Source of the DNA: Gemmatimonadota bacterium
Lineage (GTDB): Bacteria > Gemmatimonadota > Gemmatimonadetes > Gemmatimonadales > Gemmatimonadaceae
DNA length: 64,000 nucleotides
NCBI GenBank assembly: GCA_031372565.1
Contig: JANMLN010000083.1
Span: 1 to 64,000 of the forward strand
Direction of reading: 5' to 3'
This document shows positions 1 through 8,760 of the stretch, piece after piece (positions within the stretch are counted from its first letter, which is position 1; each line of letters begins with the position of its first letter). Below the pieces are notes generated by a model. It was not told the DNA's origin and did not search any database. It saw only the letters and a program-made list of their open reading frames with translations. Both the position numbers and the translations under genes were made by a program.

Positions 1-194
1 GGCACCTGATCACCTGCCGGAACGTCATCATCTACTTTGATCGCGCGTCGCAGGACGCGCTCTTTGCCCGGTTCGCCGACGCACTCGAACCCGGTGGTGT
101 GCTGATGCTCGGCAAGGTGGAGAGCCTGCTCGGGGCGGCGCGCGACCGGTTCGAGCCGGTCAACGTCCGCGAGCGCATCTACCGCAAGACATGA
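1..194 (+). CDS. cheR: Chemotaxis methyltransferase CheR, C-terminal fragment (5' truncated by window)
   Basis: Frame from nt 3 reads [42 protein letters not shown]...RIYRKT*, the CheR 'IxCRNVxIYF...L.PGG.L.LG..E' signature. Stop TGA 192-194 overlaps the cheD ATG. Confidence 0.9.
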   Translation, partial: HLITCRNVIIYFDRASQDALFARFADALEPGGVLMLGKVESLLGAARDRFEPVNVRERIYRKT

Positions 195-670
195 GCGAGC
201 GACGCGTGAAGGTCGCCGATCATGCCGTGGGCGGCAGCGGGGAGGTGCTCGCGACCATCGGACTCGGCTCGTGCGTGGCGATCATGTTGCACGCGCCGCG
301 CGCGCGGACGGGCGCGTTGGCCCACGCGCTGCTGCCGGACGACTCGATGTCGCGCGGGGCGCACCCGCCCGCGAAGTTCGCGGCGGCCGCCGTGCCCATG
401 CTCGTGGCCGAGTTGCGCTCGCAGGGGGTCACGGAGCCGTTGGTGGCCAAGCTGGTCGGGGGCGCGGCCATGTTCGCGAACCTGCTCAAGAGCGGCGGCG
501 TCAACATGGGCGAGCGCAACGTCGAGGCGGCGCGCGTGGCGTTGCGGCTCGCGGGGATTCCGATTGCGGCGGAAGACGTGGGCGGTGATTGCGGCCGCTC
601 GGTGTATTTCACGCCATCCGACGGCAAGGTCATCGTGCGCTCGCTCCGCGGAGGCGATCGTGTCCTCTGA
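191..670 (+). CDS. cheD: Chemoreceptor glutamine deamidase CheD
   Basis: [10 protein letters not shown] (catalytic Cys), AHALLP (His), [28 protein letters not shown] motifs. Confidence 0.93.
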   Translation: MSERRVKVADHAVGGSGEVLATIGLGSCVAIMLHAPRARTGALAHALLPDDSMSRGAHPPAKFAAAAVPMLVAELRSQGVTEPLVAKLVGGAAMFANLLKSGGVNMGERNVEAARVALRLAGIPIAAEDVGGDCGRSVYFTPSDGKVIVRSLRGGDRVL

Positions 671-1730
671 GCGGACGACCGTGCTCGTGGTCGATGACAG
701 CGCGTTCATGCGCAAGGTGATCGTCGAGCTCATCGGCGACGCCTCGGGCTATCGCGTCGTCGGCACGGCGCGCCACGGCCTCGATGCCATCGAGAAGATC
801 GCCGAGCTCGATCCCGACATCGTCACGCTCGACGTCGACATGCCCGAGCTCGACGGCATCGAGACGCTCGGCTACATCATGAGCGAGTGCCCGCGACCGG
901 TGGTGATGCTCTCCGGCGCGCAGGCACGCGACGGCGTCGACCCCGTCATCCGCGCCCTCGAGCTGGGGGCGGTGGATTTCGTGCGCAAACCGTCCGGGCC
1001 GATCTCGCTCGACATGGACGTGGTGCGCGATCGGCTGCAGCAGGCGCTGGCGGCCGCGCGCATGTGGAACCTCGCGGGGGTGCCCCTGCTCGCGCGGCCA
1101 CTGCGCGCCGCCCGCGCCACGCCGCGCGCCCGTGGTGCCGGGGCGACGCGCATCATCTGCGTGGCGTCGAGCACCGGCGGGCCGCGCGCGCTCTGCGACG
1201 TGGTGCCGCGCCTGAGCGCCGGGCTCGATGCGGCCGTCGTGGTTGTCCAGCACATGCCGGCCGGTTTCACGCGGTCGCTCGCCCACCGGCTCGATGGCAT
1301 GTCGCCCCTGTCGGTGCGAGAAGCGGAAGACGGCGTCCCGCTCGCGCACGGCGACGTCCTCCTGGCCGCCGGCGGTCGTCACCTGCGACTCGACGCCGGC
1401 CCGCACGGCGTCGTGGCGCGCCTCGACGACTCGGCGCCCGTGTGGGGAGTGCGCCCGGCGGCCGATCCCTGCTTCGGCGATGCGGCGCGCCTGTTCGGCG
1501 CCCAGGCGACCGCGGTGGTGCTCACCGGCATGGGTCGCGACGGGGCGGACGGTGCGCGGGCGATCCTGGCGGCGGGCGGCCACGCCATCGCACAGGACCG
1601 CGACACGAGCGTGATCTACGGCATGCCGCACGCGGCCGTCACGATTGGCGGCGTCGCGCACATCGTGCCGCTCGGCGAGATCGCCGAGGTGCTGAACCGG
1701 CAGCTGAGCGCCCGGGGACTTGTCGCATGA
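660..1730 (+). CDS. cheB: Chemotaxis response regulator protein-glutamate methylesterase CheB
   Basis: GTG start at 660 inside ORF 222..1730. Receiver domain (VLVVDDS, TLDVDMP, GAVDFVRKP) followed by esterase triad motifs ASSTGGP, VQHMP, LTGMGRDG and IYGMP. Confidence 0.95.
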   Translation: MSSERTTVLVVDDSAFMRKVIVELIGDASGYRVVGTARHGLDAIEKIAELDPDIVTLDVDMPELDGIETLGYIMSECPRPVVMLSGAQARDGVDPVIRALELGAVDFVRKPSGPISLDMDVVRDRLQQALAAARMWNLAGVPLLARPLRAARATPRARGAGATRIICVASSTGGPRALCDVVPRLSAGLDAAVVVVQHMPAGFTRSLAHRLDGMSPLSVREAEDGVPLAHGDVLLAAGGRHLRLDAGPHGVVARLDDSAPVWGVRPAADPCFGDAARLFGAQATAVVLTGMGRDGADGARAILAAGGHAIAQDRDTSVIYGMPHAAVTIGGVAHIVPLGEIAEVLNRQLSARGLVA

Positions 1731-2533
1731 GCATCAGCGAGCGGCACTGGGGCGTGTCGCGCAAGCCCTTCGCGAATGCGCCTGATCCGGCCTTTCTCGT
1801 GACGTCGCCCGGTTTCGAGGAGGCGTTCGCACGGCTCGTCTACGACGTGACCGAGGCGCGTGGCGGGCTCTCGCTCGTGACGGGAGAGATCGGGTGCGGC
1901 AAGACGATGCTCGCCAACGCGCTGCTCGACCACCTCGCCGGTACGCCGCATGCCGCCACCCTGCTCGGGACGCCGCGGCTGACGCCGGCCGAACTGCTGC
2001 GCGAAGTGATGCGTGCCACGGGCGGCCCCACCCCGCCGCGTGGTCGGCACGCACTCGTGGACGCGGTGGGCCGGCATCTGGCGACCGCGCACGCCGCCGG
2101 TCGGCGCCCCGTGCTGGTGGTCGACGAGGCGCAGCTCGCGACGCCATCGCTCCTCGAGGAAGTCCGCCTGCTGACCAACTTCGAGGACCGGCACGACAAG
2201 CACATCCACGTGGTGCTGGTCGGGCAACCGGAGCTGCGCGCGCGCATCGCCAAGCAGCGGCAGATCGACCAGCGCGTCGGGCTGCGTGCCCACGTGATGC
2301 CGCTCGACGCAGACGAAGTGGCGACCTACCTCGCGCACCGGATGCGCGTCGCCGGGGGCGATGTGGCCGCGGTGTTCGACGCTGGCGCGGTGACCGAGAT
2401 CGCCGCACGGAGCGGCGGTGTGCCCCGGCTCATCAACAACCTGGCGACGCAGGCGATGTTCGTGGCCGCGGCGCGCGGTGAGCGGCGCATCACCGCCGCG
2501 TTGATCGGCGACGTGGCGGAGGATCGCGAATGA
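1727..2533 (+). CDS. ExeA/GspA-family AAA ATPase (ATPase domain only)
   Basis: ATG at 1727 (ATGA overlap with cheB stop). N-terminal HWGVSRKPFANAPDPAF typical of the ExeA family, Walker A GEIGCGKT, Walker B VLVVDEAQ, VVLVGQPEL, SGGVPRLIN. Confidence 0.88.
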   Translation: MSISERHWGVSRKPFANAPDPAFLVTSPGFEEAFARLVYDVTEARGGLSLVTGEIGCGKTMLANALLDHLAGTPHAATLLGTPRLTPAELLREVMRATGGPTPPRGRHALVDAVGRHLATAHAAGRRPVLVVDEAQLATPSLLEEVRLLTNFEDRHDKHIHVVLVGQPELRARIAKQRQIDQRVGLRAHVMPLDADEVATYLAHRMRVAGGDVAAVFDAGAVTEIAARSGGVPRLINNLATQAMFVAAARGERRITAALIGDVAEDRE

Positions 2534-3354
2534 CGCCGCGGAAGTCCAAGATCAGCTACCGCGACCTGCTCGCGTCGCGCGAGCGCGAGGACGCGCAGGC
2601 ACCGGAGCGCGACGAGGTGACACCCGTGCCCGACGCGCCTGCGGCGAGCGCACCCGCTCCGGTGGTCGCGCGCAGCGCGACGCCCATCTCGCTCGCGGCC
2701 GTCCTCAACGCGCCACGACGGCTGACCCCGATCGCGAGTCCCGTGATCGCAACGCCCGGTCCCGCACCAGCCGGCTCCGTGGCACCGACGGCGACGCCCA
2801 CCCCGCTGCGCGCGACGCCTGCCCCCCGTGTGGCGCCGCGCACGACCCGTCGGTTCACGCGCGCCACCATCGCGGGGCGCATCGTGGTCGAGTCGGCCAT
2901 TCGCGCCGACCTCTCCACCACCGGGCGCTCGGAACTGCTGCGCTTTCGCATCGGCCCCGAGCGGTTCGCCTTGCGACTCGCCGACGTGGACGAAGCCGTG
3001 GAAGCGCCGGTCCTCCATCCGCTGCCCGACCTCCCGCGTCACGTGCTCGGCGTACTCGCCATGCGGGGTCGTCTCGTCCCGGTCCACGCGCCGACGCACG
3101 TGCTCGGCGTCGGGATCGGGAGCCTCGGCGTTGCGCTCGTGCTGCATGGCGATCCGCCGCTCGCCCTCGCGGTCGACGACGTCGAAGATGTGCTCATGAT
3201 CCAGCCCCGCACCCTGCACGACGCGCCCGGCGTCGACGATCCGGATGGTGTCCTCGTCGGCGTCACGCGTCACGACGGTCGGCTCGTGGGCGTGCTTGAC
3301 GCCCGAGCGCTCGCCGTTGCCTGCCTTGTCCCCGCCGTGCAGGAGTCACGATGA
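2530..3354 (+). CDS. CheW-like protein with charged N-terminal peptide and long Pro/Ala/Thr-rich linker
   Basis: C-terminal ~140 aa are CheW-like (LLRFRIGPERFALRLADVDE, LPDLPRHVLGVLAMRGRLVPV, LALAVDDVEDV). The first ~130 aa are low complexity. Confidence 0.82.
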   Translation: MTPRKSKISYRDLLASREREDAQAPERDEVTPVPDAPAASAPAPVVARSATPISLAAVLNAPRRLTPIASPVIATPGPAPAGSVAPTATPTPLRATPAPRVAPRTTRRFTRATIAGRIVVESAIRADLSTTGRSELLRFRIGPERFALRLADVDEAVEAPVLHPLPDLPRHVLGVLAMRGRLVPVHAPTHVLGVGIGSLGVALVLHGDPPLALAVDDVEDVLMIQPRTLHDAPGVDDPDGVLVGVTRHDGRLVGVLDARALAVACLVPAVQESR

Positions 3355-3833
3355 CCGCCCCGCTCCCGACCTCGCAGATCGTCATTTTCCGCGTTGCCGA
3401 CGACTGGTTCGCCGCCGACGTGTTCTCGGTCGAGCGCGTGCTGCGCTACAAGCCGCCGACCGCGATCCCCAACGTGCCCGACTGGATCGTCGGCGTCATC
3501 GACTACCAGCAGCGCGTCGTGCCCGTCATCGATCTGCGTCGGCGCTTCGAGCTGCCATCCGTGCCTCCCGCGTCCGAGACGCGGATCCTCATCTTCTCCG
3601 CCGATGGCGAGTGGATTGGCGCCGTTGCCGACGCCGTCGTCGAGGTCACGGCGCTCGACGAGGGCGCCATTACCGCGCCGCCGCCGATCTTCCGCGGACT
3701 GGCGGCGGAGTACCTGCGCGGTCTCGTGCGCCGCAGCGATCGTCTCGTCATCCTGTTGGACGTCTCGCGGTTGCTCTCCACCACCGACCAGCTCACCCTC
3801 GACCAGGCCCGCACCGGGGTCGCCAATGCCTGA
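3351..3833 (+). CDS. cheW: Chemotaxis coupling protein CheW
   Basis: IVIFRVADDWFAADVFSVERVL, IPNVPDWIVGVIDYQQRVVPVIDLRRRF, IGAVADAVVEV, LVILLDVSRLL. Confidence 0.92.
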   Translation: MTAPLPTSQIVIFRVADDWFAADVFSVERVLRYKPPTAIPNVPDWIVGVIDYQQRVVPVIDLRRRFELPSVPPASETRILIFSADGEWIGAVADAVVEVTALDEGAITAPPPIFRGLAAEYLRGLVRRSDRLVILLDVSRLLSTTDQLTLDQARTGVANA

Positions 3834-4689
3834 CCACGATCTCGCTACCTACAAGGCGCAGTACGGCGCCATCGACGCGCGCCTCGAGGCGGCCCAGTCC
3901 CCCGAGGATGTGGCCGCGCTCAAGGGCGACATCATCAGCCTCTTCCGCAGCGTCGAGCAGCAGATCGCCGATCTCGGCGCGCTCAAGGACCAGATCAAGA
4001 CGCTGGTCGACAAGTGGAAGACCCTCTCGGCCAATCCGTCGCTCGCGCCGCAGTTCAGCGGCGAGAAGCCGGTGGTGGTGGCCGACCACATCGGCGCCTC
4101 GACGTTCGTCGAGAAGGGGTGGAGTCGCCTGTCCCTCGGGGACCACGCGGGAGCGGAGGAGGCGCTCATGAAGGCCAACGCCCTGTCGCCGGGCGACCCG
4201 CAGACCGAGGCGCTGCTCGGCTGGGCGCAGATGCTCCAGGAGAAGCACGACGAAGCGCTCATGAACTTCCAGAAGGTGCTGCTGCGCGAGCCCGCCAACG
4301 CGCTGGCGCGCATCAACGTCGGCTACATCTGTCTCAAGAAGCGGATCTTCGGCGAGGCGATCGAGCACCTCTCGCGCGCCATCCGCCTCGACAATGATCG
4401 GAAGGCCACGCTCTACGCCCACTTCTACCTCGGGCTCGTCTATCTCGAGCGCGAGATGTTCGAGGACGCCGAATCCTTCTTCCGGAAGACGCTCACGCTC
4501 GGACCCAACCTGATCGAGGCCTATTACGAGCTCGGTCGGTCACAATGGTTCAACGATCAGCGTGAGGCGGCCATGCAGACATGGCGCGACGGGTTCGCTG
4601 CCAACAAGTTCAATCCATGGGGGAAGCGCTGCGCGCAGGTGCTGCAAGTCGTCGAGGCGGGCGGAGAACCGCCCGGCTTGGCCGACTAG
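3826..4689 (+). CDS. Cytoplasmic tetratricopeptide-repeat protein with N-terminal coiled coil
   Basis: ATG at 3826 (MPDHDL) overlapping the cheW end. About five TPR-like repeats (e.g. ALARINVGYICLKKRIFGEAIEHLSRAIRLD, AHFYLGLVYLEREMFEDAESFFRKTLTLGP). Confidence 0.85.
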   Translation: MPDHDLATYKAQYGAIDARLEAAQSPEDVAALKGDIISLFRSVEQQIADLGALKDQIKTLVDKWKTLSANPSLAPQFSGEKPVVVADHIGASTFVEKGWSRLSLGDHAGAEEALMKANALSPGDPQTEALLGWAQMLQEKHDEALMNFQKVLLREPANALARINVGYICLKKRIFGEAIEHLSRAIRLDNDRKATLYAHFYLGLVYLEREMFEDAESFFRKTLTLGPNLIEAYYELGRSQWFNDQREAAMQTWRDGFAANKFNPWGKRCAQVLQVVEAGGEPPGLAD

Positions 4690-5663
4690 CGCGCGCGACC
4701 GCCCTGCTCGCGGCGGTGCTCGCGGCGGTGCTCGCGGGCGCCCCGCTCCGGGCAGGGGCGCAGGAGCCTGGATTGTCGCGCCACGATGCGGGGCGCTTCT
4801 CCGTGCTGGCCGATGCGAGTGATGAACCCCTCGCCCGTGCGCTGCTCTCGAGCGCCGCGGAGCGGGACACCTTTCCCGGCCTCCCGCGCCCTCGGCAGTC
4901 GGTGATCATCATGATCGCGCCGGACGCGGCCCGTTTCCGAGCCTGGGCGGGCGAAGGGGCACCGGAATGGGGAGCCGCACTGGCCTTTCCCGCTCGACGT
5001 CTGATCCTGCTGCAAGGGCACACGGCCAACACGAGCGCGGGGGACCCGGTGGCGGTCCTGCGCCACGAACTCGCGCACCTGGCGCTGCACGAGGCGCTCG
5101 GGGACAAGCCGCCCCGGTGGTTCGACGAGGGCTACGCCAGCTTCGCAGCGGGCGAGTGGGGCCGCGACGAGTACCTCGCCACCTCACTCGCCTTGGCGGT
5201 GCGGCGCGGCCGATCGCTCGAGGCGGTGGATTCGGGTTTCGCCGCCGGAGCGCTGGGCGCCGAGGCCAGCTACGCCCTCGCGTATCGCGCGGTGGCCGAA
5301 CTGGCCGCGCTCGATGCCGATCGCGGGCTGACGCTGCTCTTCCAGTACTGGCGCGAGACCCCCCGACTGGATGCCGCGATGCGTCAGGCGTACGGCATCA
5401 CGCTCGATGGCTTCGAGCGCCGATGGCAGCAGCGCACTCGCCTGCGGTACGGCGCGCTCGCGATTGCCGCCGACCTCACCCTGGCCACCCTGGTGTTTCT
5501 CGTCGTGCTCGGCCCGCTCTGGTGGATGCGCCGCCGCCGTGACCAGCGGCGCCTCGCGGCCATGCGCCAGGCCGACGCGGCGGCCGACGCTCGCGAGCGC
5601 GCGTCGGCGATCGAGGCGCTCCTTCGTGAGATTGGCCCCAGCGCGGACGCGCCGCCCGAGTAG
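4581..5663 (+). CDS. Peptidase MA-like (gluzincin) metalloprotease with signal peptide and C-terminal TM helix; true start uncertain, probably downstream of 4581
   Basis: VLRHELAHLAL (HExxH) plus PRWFDEGYA (third-ligand Glu motif). Hydrophobic signal ending AGAQ and a C-terminal TM followed by RRRR. Confidence 0.75.
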   Translation: MARRVRCQQVQSMGEALRAGAASRRGGRRTARLGRLARATALLAAVLAAVLAGAPLRAGAQEPGLSRHDAGRFSVLADASDEPLARALLSSAAERDTFPGLPRPRQSVIIMIAPDAARFRAWAGEGAPEWGAALAFPARRLILLQGHTANTSAGDPVAVLRHELAHLALHEALGDKPPRWFDEGYASFAAGEWGRDEYLATSLALAVRRGRSLEAVDSGFAAGALGAEASYALAYRAVAELAALDADRGLTLLFQYWRETPRLDAAMRQAYGITLDGFERRWQQRTRLRYGALAIAADLTLATLVFLVVLGPLWWMRRRRDQRRLAAMRQADAAADARERASAIEALLREIGPSADAPPE

Positions 5664-5731
5664 CGTGGGTGGCGAGCGGCTCGAGCCCACCCGAACGAAT
5701 GGCTTCCGGTGTGCGTAAAGGGGTGGGAACG

Positions 5732-5760
5732 TTGACACAACTATATGTGCGGCATAACGT
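5732..5760 (+). promoter_or_regulatory. Sigma70-type promoter
   Basis: TTGACA (5732-5737), 17-nt spacer, TAACGT (5755-5760), 9 nt before the ATG at 5770. Confidence 0.7.
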
Positions 5761-5769
5761 TCGAGGCTT

Positions 5770-5940
5770 ATGACCAACGCTGACACGAACACACGCTCGC
5801 GCTCGCTGCTCTGGTGGAGTGCCGCCGCCATTGCGCTCGTGGGCGGATATGCGGATCTGGCACTCGGGGGAATCACGATCGCGCCGATCCTGCTGGTACT
5901 CGGGTACTGCGTCTTGGTGCCGTTGGCCATCCTCAAGTAG
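5770..5940 (+). CDS. Small 56-aa two-TM membrane protein (DUF3098-like); absent from the ORF track
   Basis: ATG 5770 to TAG 5940 reads MTNADTNTRSRSLLWWSAAAIALVGGYADLALGGITIAPILLVLGYCVLVPLAILK. 'ITIAPILLVLGY' resembles DUF3098-type proteins, and a promoter lies directly upstream. Confidence 0.7.
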   Translation: MTNADTNTRSRSLLWWSAAAIALVGGYADLALGGITIAPILLVLGYCVLVPLAILK

Positions 5941-5991
5941 ACCTTGTGGCGGGGGTTCCGGAAGCGGAACTTGGCCGCAGGCAGGAACTCC

Positions 5992-6065
5992 GGGCGAATA
6001 GCTCAGTTGGTTAGAGCGCCTGCCTTACACGCAGGATGTCGGGGGTTCGAGTCCCTCTTCGCCCA
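5992..6065 (+). tRNA. tRNA-Val (anticodon TAC), CCA not encoded
   Basis: Acceptor GGGCGAA/TTCGCCC+A, D-arm GCTCAGTTGGTTAGAGC, anticodon arm CCTGC-CTTACAC-GCAGG, T-loop GTTCGAGTC. Confidence 0.97.
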
Positions 6066-6136
6066 TTTTTCTCCCGGTGGGACCTCGGTGGGGGCCCGTG
6101 GGGTAGCGCAGGACAAACCTGTTGGAGGTACGGACT

Positions 6137-7825
6137 GTGATCGAACGCTTCTCTCGCTTCCGTGGCGTGCTGTTGGCACTCCCGGCGATTGTCGCTCTGC
6201 CCGCGCTCTCCGAGGCGCAGCGGGTCGTGCAGCCGCCGCGCATCATGGTTACGGCCTTTCACAGCGCACAGGGGGAAAAGACCCTTGGCTGTCAGGCTGC
6301 GACCGCCGTGCGCGAGAAGCTGGCCGATGACAATCCACAGCGGATCCTGTTCGTCATCCCGAAGGAAGACCTCAAGAACGCGCTGGAACAGTCGGGCTAT
6401 CAGGAGTGCGATCCGCTCCAGTCCAACGACGCCAAGGCGCTCGCCAACTTCGCGCGCGCCGACGAGTACGTCGAAGCGACGGTGCTCAAGACGGCCACCG
6501 GGTTCCGGCTCGATTCGCGACTGTTCCTCGCCCGCGACAACACCTACTCGCAGCCCATGCAGGTGGTCGAGGGGGCACGGCTGAACGACGTCGCCGGCAA
6601 GTTCTCGCGCGCGCTCGACGACGTGCGCAAGCAGCTCGAGGACGAGAAGGAGTGCTACCTCGCCACCCGTCAGGACAAGGCGAAGGAAGGGATGCAGAAG
6701 GCGCGCGACGCCATCAAGAAGTACAGCCGGGCCGTGCTCGGCCGCGTCTGCCTCCTGCAGGCGATGGACAAGGCGAAGCTGCCCAAGGACTCGCTCTTCA
6801 CCGTTGCGCAGGAGATCCTCCAGATCGACTCGTCGAGCCGCCCCGCGCTCCAGATCACGTCCAGCTGGTATCGCGAAAAGTCCGACACCAACAACTACGT
6901 CAACGCGCTGACGCACCTCGTCGCCGCTGACCCGACCAACCCGCGCGTCGTCAACGAGGTCATCAACCAGCTCGGCGCGATGCGCAAGTTCTCGCTGGCC
7001 ATCCCGGTCATCAAGCGCGCCATCGCCGAGCAGCCTGGCGACGTGCAGCTCCTCGCGCTCGGCTTCCGCGTCTACTACGGCGCCGAGGCCTGGAAGGATT
7101 TCATCTCGGCAGGCGACGAGATGGCAAAGGTCGATACCGCCATGCTGGATAGTGCCTACTTCTACCGCATGGCCCAGGCCTACTCCGCCGACAGCCAGCC
7201 CGCCAAGACCGGGGAGATGTTCGCCAAGGCATCGCAGAAGTATCCGAACAGCGCCTCCTGGTTGCTGCTGCTCGCCTCGTCGCAGCGCACCGCCGGCCAG
7301 AATCAGCAGGCGATGGAGACGCTCAAGAAGGCCTTGACCGCTGACCCGAAGGCGAAGGGGATCTACCTCCAGCTCGCCCGCTCGTTCGCCGAAACCAACA
7401 TGGCGGACTCGTCGATGGGGATGGTGCGCGCCGGAGCCACGGCCAAGGACTCGGTGCCATTGCTCGCGACCTTCGCCCTGCAGCAAGGCAACGCCTGGTA
7501 CAAGAAGGGGCAGGCGAGCAAGTCGCGCGACGAGTTCGGCACGGCCATCAAGTGGGTCTCGCTCGCGGACAGCCTCCAGGCTGATCCGCGCGCCAAGCTG
7601 CTCATCGGCGCCAGCGCGCTCTCGGTGGCCATCTCGGCCCTGCAGGAAGCGGGTCCGGCCAAGAGCTGTGACCTCGCCAAGATCGCCTCCGACAACTTCA
7701 ACACCGTCAACATGATGGTGCCGGGCGCCGGTGCGGCGAACAAGGAGCAGGCGGGTCAGCTCATGCAGGTCACCATGCAGTACGGTCCGGTCGCCGACAA
7801 GCTCAAGACGCAATTGTGCAAGTAA
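6137..7825 (+). CDS. Secreted/periplasmic TPR-repeat protein
   Basis: GGAGG RBS then GTG at 6137. Signal peptide ending ALSEAQ, then helical TPR-like repeats (e.g. WLLLLASSQRTAGQNQQAMETLKKALTADP). Confidence 0.8.
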   Translation: MIERFSRFRGVLLALPAIVALPALSEAQRVVQPPRIMVTAFHSAQGEKTLGCQAATAVREKLADDNPQRILFVIPKEDLKNALEQSGYQECDPLQSNDAKALANFARADEYVEATVLKTATGFRLDSRLFLARDNTYSQPMQVVEGARLNDVAGKFSRALDDVRKQLEDEKECYLATRQDKAKEGMQKARDAIKKYSRAVLGRVCLLQAMDKAKLPKDSLFTVAQEILQIDSSSRPALQITSSWYREKSDTNNYVNALTHLVAADPTNPRVVNEVINQLGAMRKFSLAIPVIKRAIAEQPGDVQLLALGFRVYYGAEAWKDFISAGDEMAKVDTAMLDSAYFYRMAQAYSADSQPAKTGEMFAKASQKYPNSASWLLLLASSQRTAGQNQQAMETLKKALTADPKAKGIYLQLARSFAETNMADSSMGMVRAGATAKDSVPLLATFALQQGNAWYKKGQASKSRDEFGTAIKWVSLADSLQADPRAKLLIGASALSVAISALQEAGPAKSCDLAKIASDNFNTVNMMVPGAGAANKEQAGQLMQVTMQYGPVADKLKTQLCK

Positions 7826-8760
7826 CGGACGGGGCGTTTGACGCCCCGTATCATGCGCCGGTTCTCGTGGCCGAGGTGCTTCACCACCTGGGCCACGCGC
7901 GCTCGGTACTCGACGGAACGCTCGGCGGTGGCGGGCACACCGCGGCGCTGATCGCACACGGGGCCCGCGTCACGGCGTTGGATCGCGACCCGCGCGCGAT
8001 CGCGACGGCCCGCCACCGCCTCGCCACCGCCGAGCGCGACGGCACCTTCGAGCCGATTCACGCCAACTTCGCCGACGTCGATCAGGTACCCGTCCTCGAC
8101 GGCCGCACCTTCGATGGCATCCTGCTGGACCTGGGCGTGAGTTCGCATCAACTCGACGATGCGCAGCGCGGCTTCACCTTCCGTGAGGGCGCTCCGCTCG
8201 ACATGCGCATGGGGGAGGACGCCGACCTCGATGCAGCGGAATGGCTGGCGACCACCGCGGTGCCATCCATGGCGCAGGCGTTCAAGGAGTACGCGGACGA
8301 GCCCAAGGCGATGCGGCTGGCGCGCACCATCGAGAAGCGGCGCGCTCACGCGCCGTTGCTGGTATCCGATGACCTGGTCGGCGCCATCCGCGAAGCGCTG
8401 GGGCCGCGCTCCGGGCCTGGCGATTTCGCGCGGCTCTTTCAGGCCGTGCGCATCGCGGTCAATCAGGAGCTGACCGCGCTCGATCGCGCGCTTCCGCTGC
8501 TCCGTGACCGACTCACCCCTGGGGGCGTCATGGCTTTAATCGCCTACCACTCGGGAGAGGACCGGCTCGTGAAGCACGCCATGCGCGCCTGGAGCGTCGA
8601 CTGCATCTGTCCACCCCGGCATCCGGTCTGCACCTGCGGCAACAACCACAGCCTGGGCGTTGTCCTCACGCGACGAGCGGTCACCGCCGCCGAAAGCGAA
8701 GCCGCCCGCAACCCGCGAGCGCGCAGCGCCCGCCTCCGCGCATGGCGACGGCACGGGTAG
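7816..8760 (+). CDS. rsmH: 16S rRNA m4C1402 methyltransferase RsmH (MraW)
   Basis: YHAPVL, DGTLGGGGHT, LLDLGVSSHQLD, RGFTF...PLDMRM, FQAVRIAVNQEL, NPRARSARLR. Confidence 0.97.
   Translation: MQVTDGAFDAPYHAPVLVAEVLHHLGHARSVLDGTLGGGGHTAALIAHGARVTALDRDPRAIATARHRLATAERDGTFEPIHANFADVDQVPVLDGRTFDGILLDLGVSSHQLDDAQRGFTFREGAPLDMRMGEDADLDAAEWLATTAVPSMAQAFKEYADEPKAMRLARTIEKRRAHAPLLVSDDLVGAIREALGPRSGPGDFARLFQAVRIAVNQELTALDRALPLLRDRLTPGGVMALIAYHSGEDRLVKHAMRAWSVDCICPPRHPVCTCGNNHSLGVVLTRRAVTAAESEAARNPRARSARLRAWRRHG

Noticed and set aside
4705..4737. 12-bp tandem repeat (about 2.75 copies)
   Set aside because: An in-frame LAAV repeat within a signal peptide, not a phase-variation tract or CRISPR.
5992..6065. 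tRNA-Val as an island integration site
   Set aside because: No integrase and no duplicated tRNA 3' end seen in the window.
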